This document shows, piece after piece, positions 42,854 to 57,084 of a stretch of DNA of 64,000 nt. The stretch lies in NCBI RefSeq assembly GCF_009914755.1, contig NC_060948.1, one strand, 5' to 3'. The notes beneath the pieces were generated by a model. That model ran no database searches. It was not told where the DNA came from and worked only from the letters and a program-made list of their open reading frames with translations. The stretch is from the human T2T-CHM13v2.0 reference genome, Homo sapiens. Both the position numbers and the translations under genes were made by a program. Position 1 is the first letter of the stretch. Each line of letters begins with the position of its first letter.

Positions 42854-45800
42854 GAATTCATTGGAATGGAAGGGAATGTAGTGTAATGGACAGGCCTGGA
42901 ATAAAGTGGAATGCTACGGTCTCGAATGGAATAAAAATGTATGGAATGGAATGCAATGAAACGGAATCGAATGTCATAGAATGTAATGGAATGCAAAAAA
43001 CTGGAATCCAAAATCATTGACTGGAAAGGCTGGGTGTCGAAAGGAATTGACTCCAATGGAATGGAATCGAATGGAATGGAAGTGAATAGAATCGAACTAA
43101 ATCGAATGGAATGGAATTGATAGGAACGGAATGGAAAGGAATGCAATGATTTGGCACGGAATGGAATCGAATGGCATCGAACGGAATGGAATGGAATGCA
43201 ATTGAATGGAACGTATTAGAATGTAATGAACTTTAATGGAATGTACTCGAATGGATTCGACTGGAATGGAATGTTCTGGAAGTGAATGGACTCCAATGGA
43301 ATGGATTCAAAAGGAATGGAATCGTACGGAATGGAATCTAATGGAATGGAATTAAATGGAAATGAATCAAATTGAATAGCATGGAATTGAATTGAATGGA
43401 ATCGAATGCAATGGAATCTAATGAAACGGAAAGGAAAGGAATGGAATGGAATGGAATGGGCTGGAATGGAAAGGAATCGAAACGAATGGAATGGAATCGA
43501 ACTGACGAGACTGGAATGGAATGCACTGGAATGGAAGGGAGTGTAATGGAAGGTTCTCGAAAAAAATGGAATCGAATGGAATGGAATTGAATGGAACGGA
43601 ATAGAGTCAAATGGATTTGAATGGAATGGAATGGACTAGAGTGAAATGGAATCGAACCACAAGGAATGGACAGGAATAGAATGGTCTCGAATTGAATGGA
43701 ATCGTATGGAATGGCATCAAACGGAATGGAATGGACAGCCACGGAATGGAATGCACTCGAATGCAATGGAGTCGAAACTAATGGACTGGAATAGAATGGA
43801 TTCGACTGGTACGGACTCCAATGGAATGGAATCGAATGGAAGGGAATCGAACGGAACGGACTCGAAGGAGAAAGACTGCAATGGAAAGGTCTCGAATGGA
43901 ATGGAAATTAATGGAATGGAATGGAATCGAATGACATGGAGTCAAAAGGAATGGAATCGAATGGCAAGAAATCGAATGTAATGGAATCGCAAGGAATTGA
44001 TGTGAACGGAACGGAATGGAATGGAATCCAAAGGAATGGAATAGAATGGAATGGAATCGAATGGAAAGGACTCGAATGGAAATCACTCGAATAGAATGCA
44101 ATTTAATAAAATAGGATCAAATGTAATGGAATGGAATGGAAAGGAATCGAAAAGAAAGGAATGGAGACAGATGGAATGGAATGGAACAGAGAGCAATGGT
44201 ATAGAATGGAATGGAATCATCAGGAATGGAATTGAATGGAATGGAATAATATGAAATGGAATGGAATGGAATGGAATGGAATGCCCTTGAATTAAATGGA
44301 CTGGAATGGAATGGACTCGAACAGAGTGGAATGGAAAGTGTTGAGATAGAATGGAATGGACTCGTTTGGAATGGTCTAGTATGCAATGCAATCGACTGGC
44401 AGGGAATCAAAAGGAATGTAATGGAATGGATTGGACTGGAATGCAATGGACTCGAATAGATTGGAAACGGAATGCAAAGGAATGGAATGGAATAGTATGG
44501 AATGGAATGGAAAGGAATGGAGTGGAATAGACTAGAGTGGAATGGAATGGACTGGAAAGCAATAGACTGGAATGGAACATTCTTGAATGGACTGGAATCA
44601 AACGGAATGGAATGCAATGCAATCAAATGGCATGGAATAAAATAGAATGAAAGAGAATCAAATGGAATTGAATCGAATGGAAACGAATGGATTGGAAAGG
44701 AATAGAATGGAATGGAATGGAATTGACTCAAATGGAATGGACTAGAATGGAATGGATTCGAATGGAAGGCAAAGGAATGGAATCTATTGGAATGGACTGG
44801 AATGGAATGGAAGGAATTGGAATGGACTCGAATGGAATGGACTGCAATAGAAAGGATTCGAATGGAATGAAAAAGAATTGAATGGAATAGAACAGAATGG
44901 AATCAAATCGAATGAAATGGAATGGAATAGAAAGGAATGGAATGAAATGGAATGGAAAGGATTCGAATGGAATGCAATCGAATGGAATGGAATCGAACGG
45001 AATGGAATAAAATGGAAGAAAACTGGCAAGAAATGGAATCGAAATGAATGGAGTGTTATGGAACGGACTCAAAAGGAATTGAATGTAATAGAATGGAGTG
45101 GAGTGGACTCGAATATAATGGACTGGAATGGAATGAAATCACATGGAATGGGAACGAATGGAATGGAATGGAAAGGAATGGAATCGAATGGAAAGGAATC
45201 GAATGGAAGGGAATGAAATTGAATCAACAGGAATGGAAGGGAATAGAATAGACGGTAATGGAATGGACTCGAATTGAATGGACACGAATGCTCAAATTGA
45301 ATGGACAAGAATGGAATGGAAACGAAAGGAATGTCATCGAATGGAATTGAATCGATTGGAATGAAATCGCATAGAATGGAGTGGAATCAAATGGAATTGA
45401 ATCGAAAGGAAAGGAAGCGAATGGACTGAAATGAAATGGAATGGAATTGAATGGAAAGTAACGCAATGGAATAGAATGGAACGAAATTTCACGGAATGGA
45501 ATCAAACTGAATGGAATCAAATCAATGGAATCTAATCAAATGGAATGGAAAGGAATTGAATGGAGTAGATTGGATTGGATGGGATTGGAATGAAATGTAC
45601 TGGAAAGGACTCGAATTTCAAGAAACGGAATGGAATGAATTGGAACGGAATGGACTCGAAAGGAATGGAATGTCATGGAATGGCATCAAATGGAATGGCA
45701 TCAAATGGAATGGAATCGAATGCAATGGAATGCTATGGAATGGAATGGAATGCATTGGAATGGAATGTCCTCTAATGGAATGGATTCGAGTGGAATGGAA

Positions 45801-46417
45801 TCGAATATAATGGAGTCGAATGAAATGGAATTGAAAAGAATGGGATCGAATACAATGGAATATACTGGAATGTAATGTAATGAACTCGAATGTAATTGAC
45901 TGGAATGGAATGTACATGAATGGAATGTAATCGAATGGAAAGTAATCCAATGGAATAGAAACTAATGCAATAAAATCGACTCAAATAGAGTAGAATGTAA
46001 TGGAATGGAGTGCAGTGCAATGGAATGGAATGGAATGGAATGCAATGGAATGGAATGGAATGTTATGGAATGGAATGGAATGGATTGGAATGGGATGGAA
46101 TGGTATGGAATGGATAGTAATGGACTGGAGTGAAATGGACTGGAAAGGAATGGACTCAAATTGTAAGGGCTCGAAAGGAATGGAGTCAAATGGAATAGTC
46201 TGGAATGGAATGAACACGAATGTAATGCAATCCAATAGAATGTAATCGAATGGCATGGAATATAAAGAAATGGAATCGAAGAGAATGGAAACAAATGGAA
46301 TGGAATTGAATGGAATGGAATTGAATGGAATGGGAACGAATGGAGTGAAATTGTATGCAGTAGAAGAGAATAGAATGGAATGCAAGCGAAAGGAAAGGAA
46401 TGGATTGGAATGGAATG
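42854..46417 (+). repeat. Unit 13 (3564 bp)
   Basis: GAATTC at 42854 and 46418. Has a 5-bp deletion at ~44800 and a tgttatgg interruption at ~46061. Confidence 0.92.
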
Positions 46418-49400
46418 GAATTCATTGGAATGGAAGGGAATGTAGTGTAATGGACAGGCCTGGAATAAAGTGGAATGCTACGGTCTCGAATGGAATAAAA
46501 ATGTATGGAATGGAATGCAATGAAACGGAATCGAATGTCATAGAATGTAATGGAATGCAACAAAATGGAATCCAAAATCATTGACTGGAAAGGCTGGGTG
46601 TCGAAAGGAATTGACTCCAATGGAATGGAATCGAATGGAATGGAAGTGAATAGAATCGAACTAAATCGAATGGAATGGAATTGATAGGAACGGAATGGAG
46701 AGGAATGCAATGATTTGGCATGGAATGCAATCGAATGGCATCGAATGGAATGGAATGGAATGCAATGGAATGGAATGTATTAGAATGTAATGAACTTTAA
46801 TGGAATGTACTCGAATGGATTCGACTGGAATGGAATGTTCTGGAAGTGAATGGACTCCAATGGAATGGATTCAAAAGGAATGGAATCGTACGGAATGGAA
46901 TCTAATGGAATGGAATTAAATGGAAATGAATCAAATTGAATAGCACGGAATTGAATTGAATGGAATGGAATGCAATGGAATCTAATGAAACGGAAAGGAA
47001 AGGAATGGAATGGAATGGAATGGGCTGGAATGGAAAGGAATCGAAACGAATGGAATGGAATCGAAGTGAAGAGACTGGAATGGAATGCACTGGAATGGAA
47101 GGGAGTGTAATGGAAGGTTCTCGAAAAAAATGGAATCGAATGGAATGGAATTGAATGGAACGGAATAGAGTCGAATGGAATTGAATGGAATGGAATGGAC
47201 TAGAGTGAAATGGAATCGAACCACAAGGAATGGACAGGAATAGAATGGTCTCGAATTGAATGGAATCGTATGGAATGGCATCAAACGGAATGGAATGGAC
47301 AGCCACGGAATGGAATGCACTCGAATGCAATGGAGTCGAAACTAATGGACTGGAATAGAATGGACTCGACTGGTACGGACTCCAATGGAATGGAATCGAA
47401 TGGAAGGGAATCGAACGGAATGGACTCGAAGGGAAAAGACTGCAATGGAAAGGTCTCGAATGGAATGGAAATTAATGGAATGGAATGGAATCGAATGAAA
47501 TGGAGTCAAAAGGAATGGAATCGAATGGCAAGAAATCGAATGTAATGGAATCGCAAGGAATTGATGTGAACGGAACGGAATGGAATGGAATCCAAAGGAA
47601 TGGAATAGAATGGAATGGAATCGAATGGAAAGGACTCGAATGGAAATCACTCGAATAGAATGCAATTTAATAAAATAGGATCAAATGTAATGGAATGGAA
47701 TGGAAAGGAATCGAAACGAAAGGAATGGAGACAGATGGAATGGAATGGAACAGAGAGCAATGGTATAGAATGGAATGGAATCATCTGGAATGGAATTGAA
47801 TGGAATGGAATAATATGAAATGGAATGGAATGGAATGGAATGGAATGCCCTTGAATTAAATGGACTGGAATGGAATGGACTCGAACAGAGTGGAATGGAA
47901 AGTGTTGAGATAGAATGGAATGGACTCGTTTGGAATGGTCTAGTATGCAATGCAATCGACTGGCAGGGAATCAAAAGGAATGTAATGGAATGGATTGGAC
48001 TGGAATGCAATGGACTCGAATAGATTGGAAACGGAATGCAAAGGAATGGAATGGAATAGTATGGAATGGAATGGAAAGGAATGGAGTGGAATAGACTAGA
48101 GTGGAATGGAATGGACTGGAAAGCAATAGACTGGAATGGAACTTTCTTGAATGGACTGGAATCAAACGGAATGGAATGCAATGCAATCAAATGGCATGGA
48201 ATAAAATAGAATGAAAGAGAATCAAATGGAATTGAATCGAATGGAATCGAATGGATTGGAAAGGAATAGAATGGAATGGAATGGAATTGACTCAAATGGA
48301 ATGGACTAGAATGGAATGGATTCGAATGGAAGGCAAAGGAATGGAATCTATTGGAATGGACTGTAATGGAATGGAATGGAAGGGATTGGAATGGACTCGA
48401 ATGGAATGGACTGCAATAGAAAGGATTCGAATGGAATGAAAAAGAATTGAATGGAATAGAACAGAATGGAATCAAATCGAATGAAATGGAGTGGAATAGA
48501 AAGGAATGGAATGAAATGGAATGGAAAGGATTCGAATGGAATGCAATCGAATGGAATGGAATCGAACGGAATGGAATAAAATGGAAGAAAACTGGCAAGA
48601 AATGGAATCGAAATGAATGGAGTGTTATGGAACGGACTCAAAAGGAATTGAATGTAATAGAATGGAGTGGAGTGGACTCGAATATAATGGACTGGAATGG
48701 AATGAAATCACATGGAATGGGAACGAATGGAATGGAATGGAAAGGAATGGAATCGAATGGAAAGGAATCGAATGGAAGGGAATGAAATTGAATCAACAGG
48801 AATGGAAGGGAATAGAATAGACGGTAATGGAATGGACTCGAATTGAATGGACACGAATGCTCAAATTGAATGGACTCGAATGGAATGGAAACGAAAGGAA
48901 TGTCATCGAATGGAATTGAATCGATTGGAATGAAATCGCATAGAATGGAGTGGAATCAAATGGAATTGAATCGAAAGGAAAGGAAGCGAATGGACTGAAA
49001 TGAAATGGAATGGAATTGAATGGAAAGTAATGCAATGGAATAGAATGGAACGAAATTTCACGGAATGGAATCAAACTGAATGGAATCAAACCAATGGAAT
49101 CAAATCAAATGGAATGGAAAGGAATTGAATGGAGTAGATTGGATTGGATGGGATTGGAATGAAATGTACTGGAAAGGACTCGAATTTCATGAAACGGAAT
49201 GGAATGAATTGGAACGGAACGGACTCGAATGGAATGGAATGTCATGGAATGGCATCAAATGGAATGGCATCAAATGGAATGGAATCGAATGCAATGGAAT
49301 GCTATGGAATGGAATGGAATGCATTTTAATGGAATGTCCTCTAATGGAATGGATTCGAGTGGAATGGAATCGAATATAATGGAGTCGAATGAAATGGAAT

Positions 49401-49966
49401 TGAAAGGAATGGGATCAAATACAATGGAATATACTGGAATGTAATGTAATGAACTCGAATGTAATTGACTGGAATGGAATGTACATGAATGGAATGTAAT
49501 CGAATGGAAAGTAATCCAATGGAATAGAATCTAATGCAATAAAATCGACTCAGATAGAGTAGAATGTAATGGAATGGAGTGCAGTGCAATGGAATGGAAT
49601 GGAATGCAATGGAATGGAATGGAATGGAATGGAATGGAATGGAATGGAATGGTGTGGAATGGATAGTAATGGACTGGAGTGAAATGGACTGGAAAGGAAT
49701 GGACTCAAATTGAATGGGCTCGAAAGGAATGGAGTCAAATGGAATGGTCTGGAATGGAATGAACACGAATGTAATGCAATCCAATAGAATGGAATCGAAT
49801 GGCATGGAATATAAAGAAATGGAATCGAAGAGAATGGAAACAAATGGAATGGAATTGAATGGAATGGAATTGAATGGAATGGGAAGGAATGGAGTGAAAT
49901 TGTATGCAGTAGAAGAGAATAGAATGGAATGCAAGTGAAAGGAAAGGAATGGATTGGAATGGAATG
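46418..49966 (+). repeat. Unit 14 (3549 bp)
   Basis: GAATTC at 46418 and 49967. Markers cgaagtgaag, gcattttaat, ggtgtgg. Confidence 0.92.
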
Positions 49967-52900
49967 GAATTCATTGGAATGGAAGGGAATGTAGTGTAAT
50001 GGACAGGCCTGGAATAAAGTGGAATGCTACGGTCTCGAATGGTATAAAAATGTATGGAATGGAATGCAATAAAACGGAATCGAATGTCATAGAATGTAAT
50101 GGAATGCAAAAAAATGGAATCCAAAATCATTGACTGGAAAGGCTGGGTGTCGAAAGGAATTGACTCCAATGGAATGGAATCGAATGGAATGGAAGTGAAT
50201 AGAATCGAACTAAATCGAATGGAATGGAATTGATAGGAACGGAATGGAAAGGAATGCAATGATTTGGCATGGAATGGAATCGAATGGCATCGAATGGAAT
50301 GGAATGGAATGCAATGGAATGGAATGTATTAGAATGTAATGACCTTTAATGGAATGTACTCGAATGGATTCGACTGGAATGGAATGTTCTGGAAGTGAAT
50401 GGACTCCAATGGAATGGATTCCAAAGGAATGGAATCGTACGGAATGGAATCTAATGGAATGGAATTAAATGGAAATGAATCAAATTGAATAGCACGGAAT
50501 TGAATTGAATGGAATGGAATGCAATGGAATCTAATGAAACGGAAAGGAAAGGAATGGAATGGAATGGAATGGGCTGGAATGGAAAGGAATCGAAACGAAT
50601 GCAATGGAATCGAACTGAAGAGACTGGAATGGAATGCACTGGAATGGAAGGGAGTGTAATGGAAGGTTCTCGAAAAAAATGGAATGGAATGGAATGGAAT
50701 TGAATGGAACGGAATAGAGTCGAATGGAATTGAATGGAATGGAATGGACTAGAGTGAAATGGAATCGAACCACAAGGAATGGACAGGAATAGAATGGTCT
50801 CGAATTGAATGGAATCGTATGGAATGGCATCAAACGGAATGGAATGGACAGCCACGGAATGGAATGCACTCGAATGCAATGGAGTCGAAACTAATGGACT
50901 GGAATAGAATGGACTCGACTGGTACGGACTCCAATGGAATGGAATCGAATGGAAGGGAATCGAACGGAATGGACTCGAAGGGAAAAGACTGCAATGGAAA
51001 GGTCTCGAATGGAATGGAAATTAATGGAATGGAATGGAATCGAATGAAATGGAGTCAAAAGGAATGGAATCGAATGGCAAGAAATCGAATGTAATGGAAT
51101 CGCAAGGAATTGATGTGAACGGAACGGAATGGAATGGAATCCAAAGGAATGGAATAGAATGGAATGGAATCGAATGGAAAGGACTCGAATGGAAATCACT
51201 CGAATAGAATGCAATTTAATAAAATAGGATCAAATGTAATGGAATGGAATGGAAAGGAATCGAAACGAAAGGAATGGAGACAGATGGAATGGAATGGAAC
51301 AGAGAGCAATGGTATAGAATGGAATGGAATCATCTGGAATGGAATTGAATGGAATGGAATAATATGAAATGGAATGGAATGGAATGGAATGCCCTTGAAT
51401 TAAATGGACTGGAATGGAATGGACTCGAACAGAGTGGAATGGAAAGTGTTGAGATAGAATGGAATGGACTCCTTTGGAATGGTCTAGTAGGCAATGCAAT
51501 CGACTGGCAGGGAATCAAAAGGAATGTAATGGAATGGATTGGACTGGAATGCAATGGACTCGAATAGATTGGAAACGGAATGCAAAGGAATGGAATGGAA
51601 TAGTATGGAATGGAATGGAAAGGAATGCAGTGGAATAGACTAGAGTGGAATGGAATGGACTGGAAAGCAATGGACTGGAATGGAACTTTATTGAATGGAC
51701 TGGAATCAAACGGAATGGAATGCAATGCAATCAAATGGCATGGAATAAAATAGAATGAAAGAGAATCAAATGGAATTGAATCGAATGGAATCGAATGGAT
51801 TGGAAAGGAATAGAATGGAATGGAATGGAATTGACTCAAATGGAATGGACTAGAATGGAATGGATTCGAATGGAAGGCAAAGGAATGGAATCTATTGGAA
51901 TGGACTGTAATGGAATGGAATGGAAGGGATTGGAATGGACTCGAATGCAATGGACTGCAATAGAAAGGATTCGAATGGAATGAAAAAGAATTGAATGGAA
52001 TAGAACAGAATGGAATCAAATCGAATGAAATGGAATGGAATAGAAAGGAATGGAATGAAATGGAATGGAAAGGATTCGAATGGAATGCAATCGAATGGAA
52101 TGGAATCGAACGGAATGGAATAAAATGGAAGAAAACTGGCAAGAAATGGAATCGAAATGAATGGAGTGTTATGGAACGGACTCAAAAGGAATTGAATGTA
52201 ATAGAATGGAGTGGAGTGGACTCGAATATAATGGACTGGAATGGAATGAAATCACATGGAATGGGAACGAATGGAATGGAATGGAAAGGAATGGAATCGA
52301 ATGGAAAGGAATCGAATGGAAGGGAATGAAATTGAATCAACAGGAATGGAAGGGAATAGAATAGACGGTAATGGAATGGACTCGAATAGAATGGACACGA
52401 ATGCTCAAATTGAATGGACTCGAATGGAATGGAAACGAAAGGAATGTCATCGAATGGAATTGAATCGATTGGAATGAAATCGCATAGAATGGAGTGGAAT
52501 CAAATGGAATTGAATCGAAAGGAAAGGAAGCGAATGGACTGAAATGAAATGGAATGGAATTGAATGGAAAGTAATGCAATGGAATAGAATGGAACGAAAT
52601 TTCACGGAATGGAATCAAACTGAATGGAATCAAACCAATGGAATCAAATCAAATGGAATGGAAAGGAATTGAATGGAGTAGATTGGATTGGATGGGATTG
52701 GAATGAAATGTACTGGAAAGGACTCGAATTTCATGAAACGGAATGGAATGAATTGGAACGGAACGGACTCGAATGGAATGGAATGTCATGGAATGGCATC
52801 AAATGGAATGGCATCAAATGGAATGGAATCGAATGCAATGGAATGCTATGGAATGGAATGGAATGCATTTTAATGGAATGTCCTCTAATGGAATGGATTC

Positions 52901-53520
52901 GAGTGGAATGGAATCGAATATAATGGAGTCGAATGAAATGGAATTGAAAGGAATGGGATCGAATACAATGGAATATACTGGAATGTAATGTAATGAACTC
53001 GAATGTAATTGACTGGAATGGAATGTACATGAATGGAATGTAATCGAATGGAAAGTAATCCAATGGAATAGAATCTAATGCAATAAAATCGACTCAGATA
53101 GAGCAGAATGTAATGGAATGGAGTGCAGTGCAATGGAATGGAATGGAATGGAATGCAATGGAATGGAATGGAATGGAATGGAATGGAATGGAATGGAATG
53201 GAATGGTGTGGAATGGATAGTAATGGACTGGAGTGAAATGGACTGGAAAGGAATGGACTCAAATTGAATGGGCTCGAAAGGAATGGAGTCAAATGGAATG
53301 GTCTGGAATGGAATGAACACGAATGTAATGCAATCCAATAGAATGGAATCGAATGGCATGGAATATAAAGAAATGGAATCGAAGAGAATGGAAACAAATG
53401 GAATGGAATTGAATGGAATGGAATTGAATGGAATGGGAAGGAATGGAGTGAAATTGTATGCAGTAGAAGAGAATAGAATGGAATGCAAGTGAAAGGAAAG
53501 GAATGGATTGGAATGGAATG
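49967..53520 (+). repeat. Unit 15 (3554 bp)
   Basis: GAATTC at 49967 and 53521. Has a 4-copy tract before gccctt and markers gacctt, tagtagg. Confidence 0.92.
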
Positions 53521-56500
53521 GAATTCATTGGAATGGAAGGGAATGTAGTGTAATGGACAGGCCTGGAATAAAGTGGAATGCTACGGTCTCGAATGGTATA
53601 AAAATGTATGGAATGGAATGCAATGAAACGGAATCGAATGTCATAGAATGTAATGGAATGCAAAAAAATGGAATCCAAAATCATTGACTGGAAAGGCTGG
53701 GTGTCGAAAGGAATTGACTCCAATGGAATGGAATCGAATGGAATGGAAGTGAATAGAATCGAACTAAATCGAATGGAATGGAATTGATAGGAACGGAATG
53801 GAAAGGAATGCAATGATTTGGCATGGAATGGAATCGAATGGCATCGAATGGAATGGAATGGAATACAATGGAATGGAATGTATTAGAATGTAATGAACTT
53901 TAATGGAATGTACTCGAATGGATTCGACTGGAATGGAATGTTCTGGAAGTGAATGGACTCCAATGGAATGGATTCCAAAGGAATGGAATCGTACGGAATG
54001 GAATCTAATGGAATGGAATTAAATGGAAATGAATCAAATTGAATAGCACGGAATTGAATTGAATGGAATGGAATGCAATGGAATCTAATGAAACGGAAAG
54101 GAAAGGAATGGAATGGAATGGAATGGGCTGGAATGGAAAGGAATCGAAACGAATGCAATGGAATCGAACTGAAGAGACTGGAATGGAATGCACTGGAATG
54201 GAAGGGAGTGTAATGGAAGGTTCTCGAAAAAAATGGAATGGAATGGAATGGAATTGAATGGAACGGAATAGAGTCGAATGGAATTGAATGGAATGGAATG
54301 GACTAGAGTGAAATGGAATCGAACCACAAGGAATGGACAGGAATAGAATGGTCTCGAATTGAATGGAATCGTATGGAATGGCATCAAACGGAATGGAATG
54401 GACAGCCACGGAATGGAATGCACTCGAATGCAATGGAGTCGAAACTAATGGACTGGAATAGAATGGATTCGACTGGTACGGACTCCAATGGAATGGAATC
54501 GAATGGAAGGGAATCGAACGGAACGGACTCGAAGGAAAAAGACTGCAATGGAAAGGTCTCGAATGGAATGGAAATTAATGGAATGGAATGGAATCGAATG
54601 ACATGGAGTCAAAAGGAATGGAATCGAATGGCAAGAAATCGAATGTAATGGAATCGCAAGGAATTGATGTGAACGGAACGGAATGGAATGGAATCCAAAG
54701 GAATGGAATAGAATGGAATGGAATCGAATGGAAAGGACTCGAATGGAAATCACTCGAATAGAATGCAATTTAATAAAATAGGATCAAATGTAATGGAATG
54801 GAATGGAAAGGAATCGAAAAGAAAGGAATGGAGACAGATGGAATGGAATGGAACAGAGAGCAATGGTATAGAATGGAATGGAATCATCAGGAATGGAATT
54901 GAATGGAATGGAATAATATGAAATGGAATGGAATGGAATGGAATGGAATGCCCTTGAATTAAATGGACTGGAATGGAATGGACTCGAACAGAGTGGAATG
55001 GAAAGTGTTGAGATAGAATGGAATGGACTCGTTTGGAATGGTCTAGTATGCAATGCAATCGACTGGCAGGGAATCAAAAGGAATGTAATGGAATGGATTG
55101 GACTGGAATGCAATGGACTCGAATAGATTGGAAACGGAATGCAAAGGAATGGAATGGAATAGTATGGAATGGAATGGAAAGGAATGGAGTGGAATAGACT
55201 AGAGTGGAATGGAATGGACTGGAAAGCAATAGACTGGAATGGAACATTCTTGAATGGACTGGAATCAAACGGAATGGAATGCAATGCAATCAAATGGCAT
55301 GGAATAAAATAGAATGAAAGAGAATCAAATGGAATTGAATCGAATGGAATCGAATGGATTGGAAAGGAATAGAATGGAATGGAATGGAATTGACTCAAAT
55401 GGAATGGACTAGAATGGAATGGATTCGAATGGAAGGCAAAGGAATGGAATCTATTGGAATGGACTGGAATGGAATGGAAGGAATTGGAATGGACTCGAAT
55501 GGAATGGACTGCAATAGAAAGGATTCGAATGGAATGAAAAAGAATTGAATGGAATAGAACAGAATGGAATCAAATCGAATGAAATGGAATGGAATAGAAA
55601 GGAATGGAATGAAATGGAATGGAAAGGATTCGAATGGAATGCAATCGAATGGAATGGAATCGAACGGAATGGAATAAAATGGAAGAAAACTGGCAAGAAA
55701 TGGAATCGAAATGAATGGAGTGTTATGGAACGGACTCAAAAGGAATTGAATGTAATAGAATGGAGTGGAGTGGACTCGAATATAATGGACTGGAATGGAA
55801 TGAAATCACATGGAATGGGAACGAATGGAATGGAATGGAAAGGAATGGAATCGAATGGAAAGGAATCGAATGGAAGGGAATGAAATTGAATCAACAGGAA
55901 TGGAAGGGAATAGAATAGACGGTAATGGAATGGACTCGAATTGAATGGACACGAATGCTCAAATTGAATGGACAAGAATGGAATGGAAACGAAAGGAATG
56001 TCATCGAATGGAATTGAATCGATTGGAATGAAATCGCATAGAATGGAGTGGAATCAAATGGAATTGAATCGAAAGGAAAGGAAGCGAATGGACTGAAATG
56101 AAATGGAATGGAATTGAATGGAAAGTAACGCAATGGAATAGAATGGAACGAAATTTCACGGAATGGAATCAAACTGAATGGAATCAAATCAATGGAATCT
56201 AATCAAATGGAATGGAAAGGAATTGAATGGAGTAGATTGGATTGGATGGGATTGGAATGAAATGTACTGGAAAGGACTCGAATTTCAAGAAACGGAATGG
56301 AATGAATTGGAACGGAATGGACTCGAAAGGAATGGAATGTCATGGAATGGCATCAAATGGAATGGCATCAAATGGAATGGAATCGAATGCAATGGAATGC
56401 TATGGAATGGAATGGAATGCATTGGAATGGAATGTCCTCTAATGGAATGGATTCGAGTGGAATGGAATCGAATATAATGGAGTCGAATGAAATGGAATTG

Positions 56501-57084
56501 AAAAGAATGGGATCGAATACAATGGAATATACTGGAATGTAATGTAATGAACTCGAATGTAATTGACTGGAATGGAATGTACATGAATGGAATGTAATCG
56601 AATGGAAAGTAATCCAATGGAATAGAAACTAATGCAATAAAATCGACTCAAATAGAGTAGAATGTAATGGAATGGAGTGCAGTGCAATGGAATGGAATGG
56701 AATGGAATGCAATGGAATGGAATGGAATGTTATGGAATGGAATGGAATGGATTGGAATGGGATGGAATGGTATGGAATGGATAGTAATGGACTGGAGTGA
56801 AATGGACTGGAAAGGAATGGACTCAAATTGTAAGGGCTCGAAAGGAATGGAGTCAAATGGAATAGTCTGGAATGGAATGAACACGAATGTAATGCAATCC
56901 AATAGAATGTAATCGAATGGCATGGAATATAAAGAAATGGAATCGAAGAGAATGGAAACAAATGGAATGGAATTGAATGGAATGGAATTGAATGGAATGG
57001 GAACGAATGGAGTGAAATTGTATGCAGTAGAAGAGAATAGAATGGAATGCAAGCGAAAGGAAAGGAATGGATTGGAATGGAATG
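53521..57084 (+). repeat. Unit 16 (3564 bp), chimera of a unit-15-like head and unit-13 body
   Basis: ggtataaaa, ggattccaaa and cgaatgcaat as in unit 15, then from 54468 the unit 13 markers at offset 10667. Confidence 0.9.
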
